Numbered from the stretch's first letter, positions 1-10,004 are shown. The stretch is DNA of 64,000 nt from a virus (IMGVR_UViG_3300032268_001483:1-64000); one strand, 5' to 3'. Translations and numbers: made by a program. The notes: generated by a model from the letters alone, not told the origin.

Positions 1-4
1 TATT

Positions 5-2167
5 TTATTTAAATGATTTCATAATTTCTTCTAGTGATTCATTGAAATCTTTCAAATCTGCACCAAATTCACCCATACCTCCATAAAATCCTTCACCTTT
101 GAATTGTAAACTTCTTTTTGCAAATCGAGCTATTTTTTCTGCTACACCTGATCTCCCAGCGCTTGTGGATATTGAGGATAAACCTTCTTTGTAAAGCGGA
201 CTAACTGATAGAGTTTTTGAGTATTTACCATATAAAAATTCATAAATTTCTTTATATAATTCTATTATGTATTCTTTTACTTTTCTATGATCGTGACCCT
301 CATTTTTTTCTAGATTCTTACCCTTTACACTAACTCTATCTAATATTGGATCTAAGAAATCAGTATCAATGGCAATACCTTTCTCCTTTGAATCTTTTAG
401 TATTGTCATAGCCTTTTGTATGTTTTTGAAAGCTTGGATTAGATGTTTTTCATCTGACATAATTTCTGCTCTCCTTGTTGTACCAAATCTCTTTTCAAAA
501 ATCATAAAGCTATCAATAAAAGCTCCATGATTTCTTCTTTCTTTAACAGTAACTGAATCAACTGTTACCATAGCACTTCTTAGAGCTTTTAGATTTTTAA
601 CCATTAGATAATATAGTTTGGAGTCTACTTTCTTATCGTCCTCTTTGTCATCTGTTTTATCCTTATCAATATTTTTTCCTCTATCATCACCATCCGGTGT
701 ACCACCTTCTTTACCAGAGTCATCAGAATAATCTTCTTCGTCATCAATATCTTTCTCATCCACTTCCACAGGTAATAATGATTGATATAAATCGTTCAAT
801 ATTTTTGCCCTGGAACTTCTCAGACCCTTCATCCTTGCCAATTTAAGTGTGACAGCACCAACAATTAAAGATATTCCAATAGTCGCTAAAACTGGTGCGA
901 GTGCGATGATTTTAGCACCCAATGCAGTTGTAACGACAGTCTTTCCGCCTTGTTTTATAATAACCTTTCTTGTTTCAGTAAAAAGCTTTTTAGCAATTGC
1001 GGTTGTAGCACCACCATTTTGATTATATAGAAATCCGTCACCCCAAGTTCCTTCAAGTCGATTAAAAATATCCCCGACGTTTTTGTTAGTTGGATCTGAT
1101 AATTGTTTCAATAAATCTTCTGCTGATACCCCTCTAGCATTTGGATTTATGAATTGTAACATTGCCTCAGCACCCTTTTTTTCATCACCACCACCATAGA
1201 ATTTGAAAGCTTCTTTCAAATTACCAACAGGTTGGTCGAAATTTAATGACTTGCCGGTTTCCTCCATGAATCCATTATTTTGAATAGTATAAGACCATCC
1301 GTTCGGGTCTACTTTGACATTTCTATCTACAATAGATTTAAAAGTTTTTTCGCCAAATTGATCTGGCTCTTCAATTACCTTAGTAAAGAATTCTTTGAAC
1401 CATTCAGTTTGTGCAATCCAACCTAAAATACCAAGTGTCGCGCCAAGACCAGCTAAAATCAATGGTAGTTTATTAGACTCCAATCCTTTAATTCTATCAC
1501 TTGCGAAATTCTTTTCACCAGAAGTTTTCTGAAATTTAGATGATTGAGTATTAGATGTTTTTTGTTCCCTATCAGACCCTTTTCTAGCACCAAACAACTT
1601 ATCACCAATCCATCCGATTATTTCTTCCTCTTCTTCATTAATTGACTGGTAATCAGAATATAAGCTTTGTTGGAGTTCATTAACTTCTTCTTCCGTAATT
1701 TCATCTCTTCTTGATTCAAAAGTTGTGTAAATTGCTTTTAAATCAACATCTAAATGTTTTTTAACAACTTTTCTCAAATCACCAATTATTTCATTGACAA
1801 CATCTGGAGCCAAATATCCTTCTTCTTTCGGATCTTTTTTAGCTGCAGCTACAAGTGAATCATAAAATTGTCCATACATTAAAACACCTTTCAAAAAAGT
1901 GAATTTTTTTCTATCATTTGGAAATTCGGGTGCCTCAATCAAAACCTCACCATATACTTTCTTTAGAAGTTCATTGGATTTTTTTGACATGATTTTCTTG
2001 ATTTCTTCTCTAGATTGAGCATCAACTTTCTTTTTACCGAATATCTTTCCACCAGCTTTATATCTACCAAGTTTAGATAGACCATATTTTATATCCTCCC
2101 AAAAATTTTCATTTAGAGAATCCAAATTTTGATTATCAAATTCGGAAAATTTTACTAATTTATTCAT
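5..2167 (-). CDS. Large hypothetical membrane-associated protein with N-terminal tag variant (putative virion/ejected protein)
   Basis: 720 aa ORF; starts MNKLVKFSEF..SLNE; two hydrophobic segments (LPLILAGLGATLGILGWIA; IIALAPVLATIGISLIVGAV); acidic linker; TAATATATA box at 2187-2195 (minus strand). Confidence 0.55.
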   Translation of the reverse strand: MNKLVKFSEFDNQNLDSLNENFWEDIKYGLSKLGRYKAGGKIFGKKKVDAQSREEIKKIMSKKSNELLKKVYGEVLIEAPEFPNDRKKFTFLKGVLMYGQFYDSLVAAAKKDPKEEGYLAPDVVNEIIGDLRKVVKKHLDVDLKAIYTTFESRRDEITEEEVNELQQSLYSDYQSINEEEEEIIGWIGDKLFGARKGSDREQKTSNTQSSKFQKTSGEKNFASDRIKGLESNKLPLILAGLGATLGILGWIAQTEWFKEFFTKVIEEPDQFGEKTFKSIVDRNVKVDPNGWSYTIQNNGFMEETGKSLNFDQPVGNLKEAFKFYGGGDEKKGAEAMLQFINPNARGVSAEDLLKQLSDPTNKNVGDIFNRLEGTWGDGFLYNQNGGATTAIAKKLFTETRKVIIKQGGKTVVTTALGAKIIALAPVLATIGISLIVGAVTLKLARMKGLRSSRAKILNDLYQSLLPVEVDEKDIDDEEDYSDDSGKEGGTPDGDDRGKNIDKDKTDDKEDDKKVDSKLYYLMVKNLKALRSAMVTVDSVTVKERRNHGAFIDSFMIFEKRFGTTRRAEIMSDEKHLIQAFKNIQKAMTILKDSKEKGIAIDTDFLDPILDRVSVKGKNLEKNEGHDHRKVKEYIIELYKEIYEFLYGKYSKTLSVSPLYKEGLSSISTSAGRSGVAEKIARFAKRSLQFKGEGFYGGMGEFGADLKDFNESLEEIMKSFK

Positions 2168-2288
2168 AAAATAAAGTTTTTATTTCTATATATTAAAAAA
2201 ATTATTTATTTTTTAATTTTTGAGTCGAAAAAAAAATTACTAAACTTTATTTGATTTTATCTTAAAATTTAAATCAAATCTATACCAA

Positions 2289-3518
2289 ATGGACTTCAAT
2301 ACGATTTTAAATACCGGCTTAATATTTTCAGCTATCACCTACTTGGGATATCAATTAAGAACAATTCCCGAACTAATATGGAGTTTCATCAAAAGAAAGA
2401 TTACCTTCAACTTAACAATAGTAGAAACTGATGAACTCTACATCTATATGGAAAGATGGCTTCTACACAATCATAAAAATTCATATAGAAATGTAGAAGC
2501 TTCACTTTCTCCACAAAAGTTCAATTCAATGGACATATCACATGAAGAAACATCCGACCCAACAAAAGATGAAGATAAGCTACATCTTTGGCAATTTTCT
2601 GATAATTTCTTTATTCACTATCGCAATAGAAGAATCCTAATATCAAAAGGTAGAGAAAAATTAGAAGGGGCAAAAGATTTAAGAAATGCCTTTCTAAATA
2701 GCTTCACTATCAGTGGTATCTTCGCTAAAAAATCTATACTAAAGTTAATAGAAGAAGTAATACAATTCAACCAACAATTCAAAAAAGAAAGATTCCCAAG
2801 AATCTATACAAATACAGATTGGGGTGAATGGCAATTCTCTGGTGACAATTACTCTAAAAGTTTTGATAACATCTTCTTTAAAGATAAAGAACTTCTTATA
2901 TCAGACATAAATAACTTTTTAGAGAATAAGACGTGGTATCAGAAAAGAGGTATACCCTATAAAAGAGGTTATCTTTTTTATGGTCTTCCAGGAAATGGCA
3001 AAACTGCCATCGTTCAAGCTATTGCTAGGCACTTCAAAAAAGACATCTATTATATCTCACTTGGTAATATAGAAAGTGATTCTAATTTATCAAGACTTTA
3101 TTCAAATATGAAGTTTGGTTCCCTAGTAGTATTTGAAGATGTAGATGCTTACTTTGAAGGTAGAAAAAACAATAAAGAAAAGGGAATTTCTTTTTCGATG
3201 CTACTTAATTGCCTAGATGGTATATTTTCACAATCTGGGACAATTACGATTATGACTACTAATCATCCAGAGAAATTAGATCCTGCCTTAATCAGACACG
3301 GTAGAATAGATGTTAAAATGGAAATTACTAATCCGAATGGTGAGGAAGTTAAAAAGTATCTTCAAAACTTTTATGAAGTTGAATCTATCCAAGATTTAAG
3401 TTATTTAGATGGTAGTTTATCTATGGTGCAAATTCAAGATATTTGTTTATTGAATAAAGACTCATTAGAAAATACCCTAAATACAATCAACCAAATGATT
3501 GTCGCAGAATTGGTTTAG
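2289..3518 (+). CDS. BCS1-like AAA+ ATPase
   Basis: N-terminal TM segment and BCS1_N-like region; RGYLFYGLPGNGKT (Walker A), FEDVD (Walker B), TTNHPEKLDPALIRHGRID (SRH). Confidence 0.85.
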   Translation: MDFNTILNTGLIFSAITYLGYQLRTIPELIWSFIKRKITFNLTIVETDELYIYMERWLLHNHKNSYRNVEASLSPQKFNSMDISHEETSDPTKDEDKLHLWQFSDNFFIHYRNRRILISKGREKLEGAKDLRNAFLNSFTISGIFAKKSILKLIEEVIQFNQQFKKERFPRIYTNTDWGEWQFSGDNYSKSFDNIFFKDKELLISDINNFLENKTWYQKRGIPYKRGYLFYGLPGNGKTAIVQAIARHFKKDIYYISLGNIESDSNLSRLYSNMKFGSLVVFEDVDAYFEGRKNNKEKGISFSMLLNCLDGIFSQSGTITIMTTNHPEKLDPALIRHGRIDVKMEITNPNGEEVKKYLQNFYEVESIQDLSYLDGSLSMVQIQDICLLNKDSLENTLNTINQMIVAELV

Positions 3519-3577
3519 TTATTTTTATATATAGATGTATGAAATAGATAAATTTCACCATAAAAATAAAAATACAA

Positions 3578-3883
3578 ATGAAAAAAATAAAAGATTGGAA
3601 AAAATTCAATGAATCTTTTGAATCCGATGAATTAGATGAGTTATATGACCAGGGAGCTGAAGCAATTAGTGCTGCCGCTGATTACTTAGCCACTCAAGGC
3701 ACTGAGGAATGGAACGATATAAATAATGGTGATCCATTCATTGTGATAAATATGTTAAGAGAGGATGGATCGGAGGAAGCTTTAAGTATTGCTGACGAGA
3801 TTGAATCTATTAATAATCAAATAGCAGAGATAGAGGGAAATTTGGATGATGATTATTATGATGAAGATTATGATAATGAATAA
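3578..3883 (+). CDS. Acidic hypothetical protein with N-terminal tag
   Basis: MKKIKDWKKFNESF start; D/E-rich; TTTTATATATAG at 3523-3534. Confidence 0.6.
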   Translation: MKKIKDWKKFNESFESDELDELYDQGAEAISAAADYLATQGTEEWNDINNGDPFIVINMLREDGSEEALSIADEIESINNQIAEIEGNLDDDYYDEDYDNE

Positions 3884-3898
3884 CTATTTTGTAAATAT

Positions 3899-4342
3899 AT
3901 GAAACACTTAAAACTATTCGAAAGTTTTGAACAAACGATTTTTGAATTAAGGGATGTGAATGTAATTATGCACATCAATGGAATTATCAAGCTAAGTGTA
4001 GAAAAAGATCCATCTATCAATATCTACAATACAACGACTCAAGGAAGACATTGTATTGTTACTTTCAGACAAACTAATTTAGATGAATTCAAACCGATTT
4101 TAGAACCACTTGGTTATAAAATTAATCCTTCAATTACAGGATGTCCGTTCGAAAAAGAAGAAGAAAATTATAGCAAAATTAACCTGAGAAAGAAAATGTT
4201 GTTTATACATGATATAGGTGACTATTGGTATATACTCAGTTATTATGATTTAAATAAACTAATTCAACTACACTTTTTAATAGATGAAAAAGTCAATCTA
4301 ATAGATAAAATAAAAGAACTGACATCGGATGAGATTTATTAA
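3899..4342 (+). CDS. Hypothetical protein with N-terminal tag
   Basis: MKHLKLFESF start. Confidence 0.65.
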   Translation: MKHLKLFESFEQTIFELRDVNVIMHINGIIKLSVEKDPSINIYNTTTQGRHCIVTFRQTNLDEFKPILEPLGYKINPSITGCPFEKEEENYSKINLRKKMLFIHDIGDYWYILSYYDLNKLIQLHFLIDEKVNLIDKIKELTSDEIY

Positions 4343-6242
4343 ACTATATGAGCAGTTTAGAAGTGGTAGCAATCTTTCACTACTTTTAGAAGCTGTTCTT
4401 AACTTAGATGTAAATATACAAAATGCCTTAAAGTCTATCAAAGATGATAAGACATCAGATCCTACTTTTGCAAAATTATCTGAGTTAATTCTTAACTCTA
4501 TTCAAAAAGAGTTTCCAAAATTAAAATACGATAATGTCTATCTGAACCCTGAGAAGAAGAAAGATTTCCCACTCAAGGGTAAGATTGGTAAACAGGAAAC
4601 CGAACAGAGTGTTACAAGAGTAATCAATAATGTAATATCAAGTATTTACGATAATAATAAAATCCTACCGAAATACTTAATCAAAAAGGATGGTGGTAAT
4701 TCCAATATTCCAGCACCAAATACATTTTTAAGAGAAGATGAGTATTTGCAAATCATGTCAAAATTTTCAAAAGAAGAAATCGAATCTAATAAGAAAAAAA
4801 ATTCACAAGAAAAATCAAAATTTATTATTGATAATTTAACTGGTGGTGCAATTATAGATGAATTCTCAAGAATTTTAGGTGTTAAACTTTCTGAATCAAC
4901 GGTAGTGTCGACTGATACAATAAAATTAGTTTCTGGTGGTGAAATATTGAAGTGGTATAATAGTGATAATACAGAAACTGCAGAGCATACAACCTTGGCT
5001 AATTCTTGTATGAGAGGGGATGATAAAAATAACTATATGAAACTTTATTCAGATAATCCTGAAAAAATTAAGTTAGTAATTAAATTAAATAGTGATGGAA
5101 AATTGGTTGCAAGAGCTTTAGTTTGGAAGCTTGATTTTTCTCAAGGTGAATTTGATTATTATATGGATAGATGTTATTATAATGTAGAAGAAGATGTAGA
5201 AATTCTCTTTACTTGGCTAAGAAAACAACCAGGATACCAAAATTCAAATCGAGCAAGTAATCCTGAGAATATGATTGTTAAACTTGAAAAAGTGAATTTC
5301 AAATATTATCCGTATGTCGATACTTTTAAGAATTTATTCATAGAAACTAAATTGGTTGAAAGAGCTAATACGCCAGAAAATTTGAAACTACCAAATATCC
5401 CGGATTGGGAAAAGAACTCTTGGTTCTATCAAGATATAGTTTTGTCTAACAAAGGATTTCTTTCAAACTTAACATTTGCTGAAATATTAGCTGATAAAAA
5501 TCTGGTTAGCAGTTTAGAGAATATAGACATAATAATTAAAGATTACTATCTAAGAAGTAATAAAGAGCCTATATTCGCTCAGACATATCTTGATTTCAGA
5601 CTTCAGAGTACACTTGGTGAAAGAAAGGCAAACAAGGAAAACTTTAAAAATTTTGACATAGGTCCTGAAGTAGACGTGGTTACACTGAAGTCAAAATTAA
5701 ACATTTCACCAAGTACAAATTATTTAGTGGAATTAGATAATTTATATAAAATCAGTAAATTAGCACACCGAGATGGTACTCCTGAAGACATTTTTGATAT
5801 AGAAAAAAAGCAGATTAATGATAATTATATAAGAATTTTAGGAAAATATATGATTAGTAAAGATTTAACTTCTGATGTCAAGGATTGGGGCGGATTGGAA
5901 GTAATAAATGGTTGTAGATTATTTTTCTATAATGTCAAAAATAAATTAGGTATAAAAGAAGTATCAGATAAATTGAACCCATCAGAATATTCTTTTTATA
6001 GATATCGCAATTGGAATGATTCCTCACTTGATTATTTTGTTTCCGCACTAGATTTAGATATACTTGGAATTTTACATCATTTCAAAAAAATGAAACCAAC
6101 ATATTTTAGTTTCTCAACAGCAAAAGAATTTTTAGAAAAAAATTCTGAATTCATATCAGAATCTTTAGAGGGGCAAGAACTCACAACATCCAAGAAGGAA
6201 TTATTAGAAAGAAGAAAACTTTTTGTTTCAGATGAGGATTAG
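4329..6242 (+). CDS. Tagged protein with conserved SCM..RALxW..DRxY..YPYxD domain (paralog 1)
   Basis: MRFIKLYEQF start; NSCMRG, ARALVW, YMDRCY, YPYVD motifs shared with 46308-47729 and 40171-41856. Confidence 0.65.
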   Translation: MRFIKLYEQFRSGSNLSLLLEAVLNLDVNIQNALKSIKDDKTSDPTFAKLSELILNSIQKEFPKLKYDNVYLNPEKKKDFPLKGKIGKQETEQSVTRVINNVISSIYDNNKILPKYLIKKDGGNSNIPAPNTFLREDEYLQIMSKFSKEEIESNKKKNSQEKSKFIIDNLTGGAIIDEFSRILGVKLSESTVVSTDTIKLVSGGEILKWYNSDNTETAEHTTLANSCMRGDDKNNYMKLYSDNPEKIKLVIKLNSDGKLVARALVWKLDFSQGEFDYYMDRCYYNVEEDVEILFTWLRKQPGYQNSNRASNPENMIVKLEKVNFKYYPYVDTFKNLFIETKLVERANTPENLKLPNIPDWEKNSWFYQDIVLSNKGFLSNLTFAEILADKNLVSSLENIDIIIKDYYLRSNKEPIFAQTYLDFRLQSTLGERKANKENFKNFDIGPEVDVVTLKSKLNISPSTNYLVELDNLYKISKLAHRDGTPEDIFDIEKKQINDNYIRILGKYMISKDLTSDVKDWGGLEVINGCRLFFYNVKNKLGIKEVSDKLNPSEYSFYRYRNWNDSSLDYFVSALDLDILGILHHFKKMKPTYFSFSTAKEFLEKNSEFISESLEGQELTTSKKELLERRKLFVSDED

Positions 6243-6604
6243 ACTTTTACCGAAGAATTTAAAGGTATAATATTTCTCCTTTCATCGAAGTAAATTTCTA
6301 AATCCAATATGAATAGATAAGGTTCAAAATAATCTTTTTTAACTTTCTTTGGAAGTTTATAACCAGCTAACTTGACATCTTCAATAAACTCATCAATTAA
6401 TTTCTGTTTGAATTCTGGATCGTTATAGATTTTACCTACACCTAAATTAAAGTAAGCAGAAAGTCCCTGCTCAAGTTGATACACTTCACTTGTCTCTTCA
6501 CCTATCATTTGTCTAAGTGAGGCATAAGTTGGTTGTGACTGAGTTTGTGACTTTACTAAAAAGTTGATACTGAGTAAAAAAAGTAGAATAATAAATTTTT
6601 TCAT
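6239..6604 (-). CDS. Hypothetical secreted protein
   Basis: Signal peptide MKKFIILLFLLSINFLVKSQ; TAnnTTTG box at 6643-6650 upstream. Confidence 0.6.
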   Translation of the reverse strand: MKKFIILLFLLSINFLVKSQTQSQPTYASLRQMIGEETSEVYQLEQGLSAYFNLGVGKIYNDPEFKQKLIDEFIEDVKLAGYKLPKKVKKDYFEPYLFILDLEIYFDERRNIIPLNSSVKV

Positions 6605-6670
6605 AATTTGTGATTTTTTTAAAGTTATAAAATATATATCAACAAATATATGAAAAGAGACTTAAAAAAG

Positions 6671-6710
6671 ATATGACTTAAATCCTATTTTCGAGTGATT
6701 TAAGTCATAT
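6671..6710. terminator. Inverted repeat / likely terminator
   Basis: 14 bp arms atatgacttaaatc / gatttaagtcatat, 12 nt loop, intergenic. Confidence 0.55.
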
Positions 6711-6714
6711 TAAT

Positions 6715-6954
6715 TTAATTTTTATTTCGATTTACACAAAATTTACAATTGCCTTTGTGTGTGATAACAGCCGAGTTGAAACCTATATTACTGACTACAT
6801 ATTCACAACTATCAATCTCGTAGATTTCGAATCTACCAATTATATTAGTGATTTTTGGTTGTTCCCGATTTTTGTACTCATTTATATCAATTTCACTCGG
6901 ATTTACACAGCTTGTAAATAAAAATATCAACGATAGAAAACAAAGATTTTTCAT
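6715..6954 (-). CDS. Hypothetical lipoprotein
   Basis: MKNLCFLSLIFLFTSC lipobox-like signal. Confidence 0.6.
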   Translation of the reverse strand: MKNLCFLSLIFLFTSCVNPSEIDINEYKNREQPKITNIIGRFEIYEIDSCEYVVSNIGFNSAVITHKGNCKFCVNRNKN

Positions 6955-6972
6955 TGTAGTTTTATTTTGGTG

Positions 6973-7098
6973 TTAAAAAATGTCTGACTGTTGAATATAG
7001 AGTTCTTCCCAGACTAATTCTTCTTGTCGTTGATAAATAAATTCATCACTTTGAACATATTCATTGTGTAGTCTTTCGAGTAGTTCTTCCATAATCAT
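6973..7098 (-). CDS. 41 aa acidic micro-protein (not in ORF track)
   Basis: Hand translation MIMEELLERLHNEYVQSDEFIYQRQEELVWEELYIQQSDIF*; ATG overlaps upstream stop (ATGA). Confidence 0.5.
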   Translation of the reverse strand: MIMEELLERLHNEYVQSDEFIYQRQEELVWEELYIQQSDIF

Positions 7099-7223
7099 TT
7101 CTTTTTCTTTTTAGAGATTCTTTTTAGTAAAATTCTTTTTCTTCGTTTACGAAGATTCCATTTTAATTGGTCTTCAAATCGCCTTCTTGTCTTTTTTGAA
7201 AACTCAAATCGTCTTCTTTTCAT
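7095..7223 (-). CDS. 42 aa very basic micro-protein (not in ORF track)
   Basis: Hand translation MKRRRFEFSKKTRRRFEDQLKWNLRKRRKRILLKRISKKKKK*. Confidence 0.5.
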   Translation of the reverse strand: MKRRRFEFSKKTRRRFEDQLKWNLRKRRKRILLKRISKKKKK

Positions 7224-7477
7224 TATATAATGATAGTAATTTTTATTTAGAATTCAAATTATTTTTGATTAATTCTTCGATATAAGATTTCATTGTTTGA
7301 TTTTTAGTTAATTTATCTTTGAGTTCATTAATCAATTCCCTGTTCAATTGAACATTTACATTTTCCTTATTATACTTATCACCATAAATTCTTTTGGACT
7401 CATAGACTTTTTTATCATTTTTATTCATAGGGAAAATAATATTTTTTATATATATTATTATAGTTAAAAATAAAGTT

Positions 7478-8776
7478 ATGTTTATGAATAATAGTAGAAT
7501 AACATACATATATGGATTATATGAAGTTGGAAAAGAGGATGAAATAAGGTATATTGGTAAAAGTGATAATCCTAAAACTAGAATATGTTCACACATAAGT
7601 GTTAGTAAAAAGAGCAAATCAAAGCCAACACACAAAGAATGTTGGATAAGAAAAGTTATAGATAGTAAAGGCGAGATAGGATGTAAAATATTAGAAGAGG
7701 TAACTTACGAAAATTGGTCAGACCGAGAAAGATATTGGATATCTAAAACGGAAAACTTAACTAATACATCACCCGGTGGTGAGACTGGTATAACTGGAAA
7801 ACTATTTGAAATATCATATAATGACTATAAAACTTGGATTAATAATAACTATCCAAACTTAAAAAGTATCAAAGATTTCAGAGAAGTAAATAAATATTTT
7901 CCCGATTTTATACCAAAATCGCCTAATACCGTTTTTAAAAATTATGGTTGGACTAGTTGGCAAGAACTTCTTAATACTGATTTTGTAACATCCAAACAGA
8001 AAAACAAAAAATACTTATCTTACATGGATTGTAAAAAATGGATTAATGATAATTATCCAAGTATAAGTTCATGGAATAGAGTTAAGGAGAACTTACCATG
8101 TTTTATACCAAAAAGACCTTATATTGTATATAAAAATTCGGGTTGGACTAATTGGTTTGATTTTATTGGAGTTGATTTGTCACCAAAAGAAAATTATTTA
8201 GATTTTACAGAGGCTAGAAATTATGTTAGAGATTTGAAATTATCATGTTCAAAAGAGTGGTTTAATCACTATAAGTTAAATCATAAAAAATCAGAGTTTC
8301 CAAACATACCAAAAAATGCAAATTCATTTTATCGAAAAAGTGGTTGGATTAATTGGACAGACTTTTTGGGATCGAGTGTAAAACCAACCGATATAAACAG
8401 AAATAAACTATCATATGATGAATTAGTTAAATATGTTAGTAATAATTTGAGTCATGTTAAAAATAAAAGACAATGGATTGAATATATAAAAAACAATATA
8501 TCCGTTCAGATACCCAAACATCCAGATATTGTCTATGTAAATGAATGGGTTAGTTGGAATTCATTTTTAAATAAAAAAGAATACAAAAGAAATAAACAAT
8601 TTTACACATTCATAGAGTGTAAGGAAATCATTAAAAGAAATAATATAAAATCAAATAAACAATGGAGAGAGTGGGTAAAAGGTGTAGAAGGAATACCAAA
8701 GAATCCTGAAAGTTACTTCAAAGATGAGTGGATAGACTGGTATGATTGGTTAGGAAAACAAAAGAGTGTGAACTAG
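7478..8776 (+). mobile_element. Free-standing GIY-YIG homing endonuclease with phage-integrase-repeat-like units
   Basis: N-terminal YIYGL..RYIGKS..R..H..E GIY-YIG module; about 5 repeats of xIPKxPxxxYKxxGWxxWxDFLG. Confidence 0.8.
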
Positions 8777-8794
8777 TTCACACTCTTTTGTTTT
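8755..8794. terminator. 40 bp perfect palindrome, probable bidirectional terminator
   Basis: aaaacaaaagagtgtgaact|agttcacactcttttgtttt between converging genes; contains the endonuclease TAG stop. Confidence 0.75.
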
Positions 8795-9535
8795 TTACTT
8801 CTTAAGAACTTCTTTTGTGTAATAATCTTCGAATCCATCCAAGTAGTTACTAATTGATTTATCTCTATCTACACCAATAATCTCATCAATTAGTCCGAAT
8901 TTCAAAGCTTCGTCACTAAAGAACCACTTATCATTTCTTGATATTTCAAATACTTCATCGAATGTTTTACCACAATTTTCTGCTAGTATTTTAAAAAGCA
9001 TATAATTATACTTTTCAGCCTCAATCTGATTAATCCTTGTATCTTGAATATTTCCCTGTGATCCGTGTGAAACCATATGAGTCATAATTTTTGAAAAAAT
9101 CAATGAAGATCTCTTTCCTTTACATCCGCTTGAAACGAGAATACTTCCCATACTCGCGCACATACCAACATTAATAGTAGCAATATCACAACTTACATAG
9201 TTCATAACATCTCTTATACCCAATCCAGCTAAAACAGAACCACCTGGTGTATCTAGATGTATTGTAATGTCTCTCTTTTTATCAACCGAATCTAGAAAAA
9301 TTAATTGCGCTTGAACAACCGATGACATTCTCCCATCGACAGGTCCCGAAACCCATAATATCCTATCCATCATGAGTCTATCAAATACTGACATTTGTGT
9401 AGCTCTGAGTTCTCTTTCTTCCAATACCATTGGTGTTAAAGATGACTGATAATCAATAACAGCATCAACCGTTGTTCCATTTATGCCCTTATGTTTTGTT
9501 GCATATCTTCTAAATTCCTTCCCTAAGTTTTCCAT
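8795..9535 (-). CDS. clpP: ATP-dependent Clp protease proteolytic subunit
   Basis: SVFDRLMMDRIL, DTPGGSV, GMCASMGS (catalytic Ser), IMTHM (His), DKWFFSDEALKFGLIDEI. Confidence 0.93.
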   Translation of the reverse strand: MENLGKEFRRYATKHKGINGTTVDAVIDYQSSLTPMVLEERELRATQMSVFDRLMMDRILWVSGPVDGRMSSVVQAQLIFLDSVDKKRDITIHLDTPGGSVLAGLGIRDVMNYVSCDIATINVGMCASMGSILVSSGCKGKRSSLIFSKIMTHMVSHGSQGNIQDTRINQIEAEKYNYMLFKILAENCGKTFDEVFEISRNDKWFFSDEALKFGLIDEIIGVDRDKSISNYLDGFEDYYTKEVLKK

Positions 9536-9538
9536 ATT

Positions 9539-9910
9539 TTAACTTTTTTTAATTTTACTATATTCTTCATCAGACAGAGTTCTTATCCATCCAATATCAT
9601 TTCTTAGCTTACCGGGTTCTCCAGTAACTTCGCAGATTGTATAACTTTTTTCTTCTGACTCGCCTATTCTTTTGAAAACTTCATCAGAAGATTCGTTAAT
9701 ATAAAATCTTAGTCCGCCAAATTTTTCTTTGACTTGACAAACTTCCTTATTCCAACCCAATTCAATTATGTCTTCAATTAAGTCTTTGATTAATTGATTC
9801 CAACCAATACTTGTGTCAAAAAAATCAGAACTAAGGATTCTATCCCCAGTCCAACCATTAATTAATCCACCGATTGATTCAAGATAAATATCTAATTCCC
9901 TATTGCTCAT
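9539..9910 (-). CDS. Conserved phage hypothetical protein
   Basis: QVKEKFGGLRFY and S..ICE..G.PG motifs typical of a widespread phage family. Confidence 0.6.
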   Translation of the reverse strand: MSNRELDIYLESIGGLINGWTGDRILSSDFFDTSIGWNQLIKDLIEDIIELGWNKEVCQVKEKFGGLRFYINESSDEVFKRIGESEEKSYTICEVTGEPGKLRNDIGWIRTLSDEEYSKIKKS

Positions 9911-9925
9911 GTTTTTTTATTTTAA

Positions 9926-10004
9926 AAAAGTAGTCAGTGGCATCGGGTATCACTCCTTAATGATAGACATTCGCGACTGCTATTAAACGTGCTTGACTAC
10001 TCTA
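9926..10004 (-). ncRNA. Candidate structured leader RNA (unassigned)
   Basis: Nested stems GUAGUCA/UGACUAC, GCA(G)UCG/CGAUGC, UAUCAUU/AGUGAUA followed by a U-run, in an otherwise AT-rich intergenic gap. Confidence 0.4.

Noticed and set aside
7243-7635. 130 aa minus-strand ORF overlapping the GIY-YIG gene
   Set aside because: Its 5' half is antisense to a well-supported gene. Only the 3' part (MNKNDKKVYE.., about 60 aa) might be real; not enough evidence to call.
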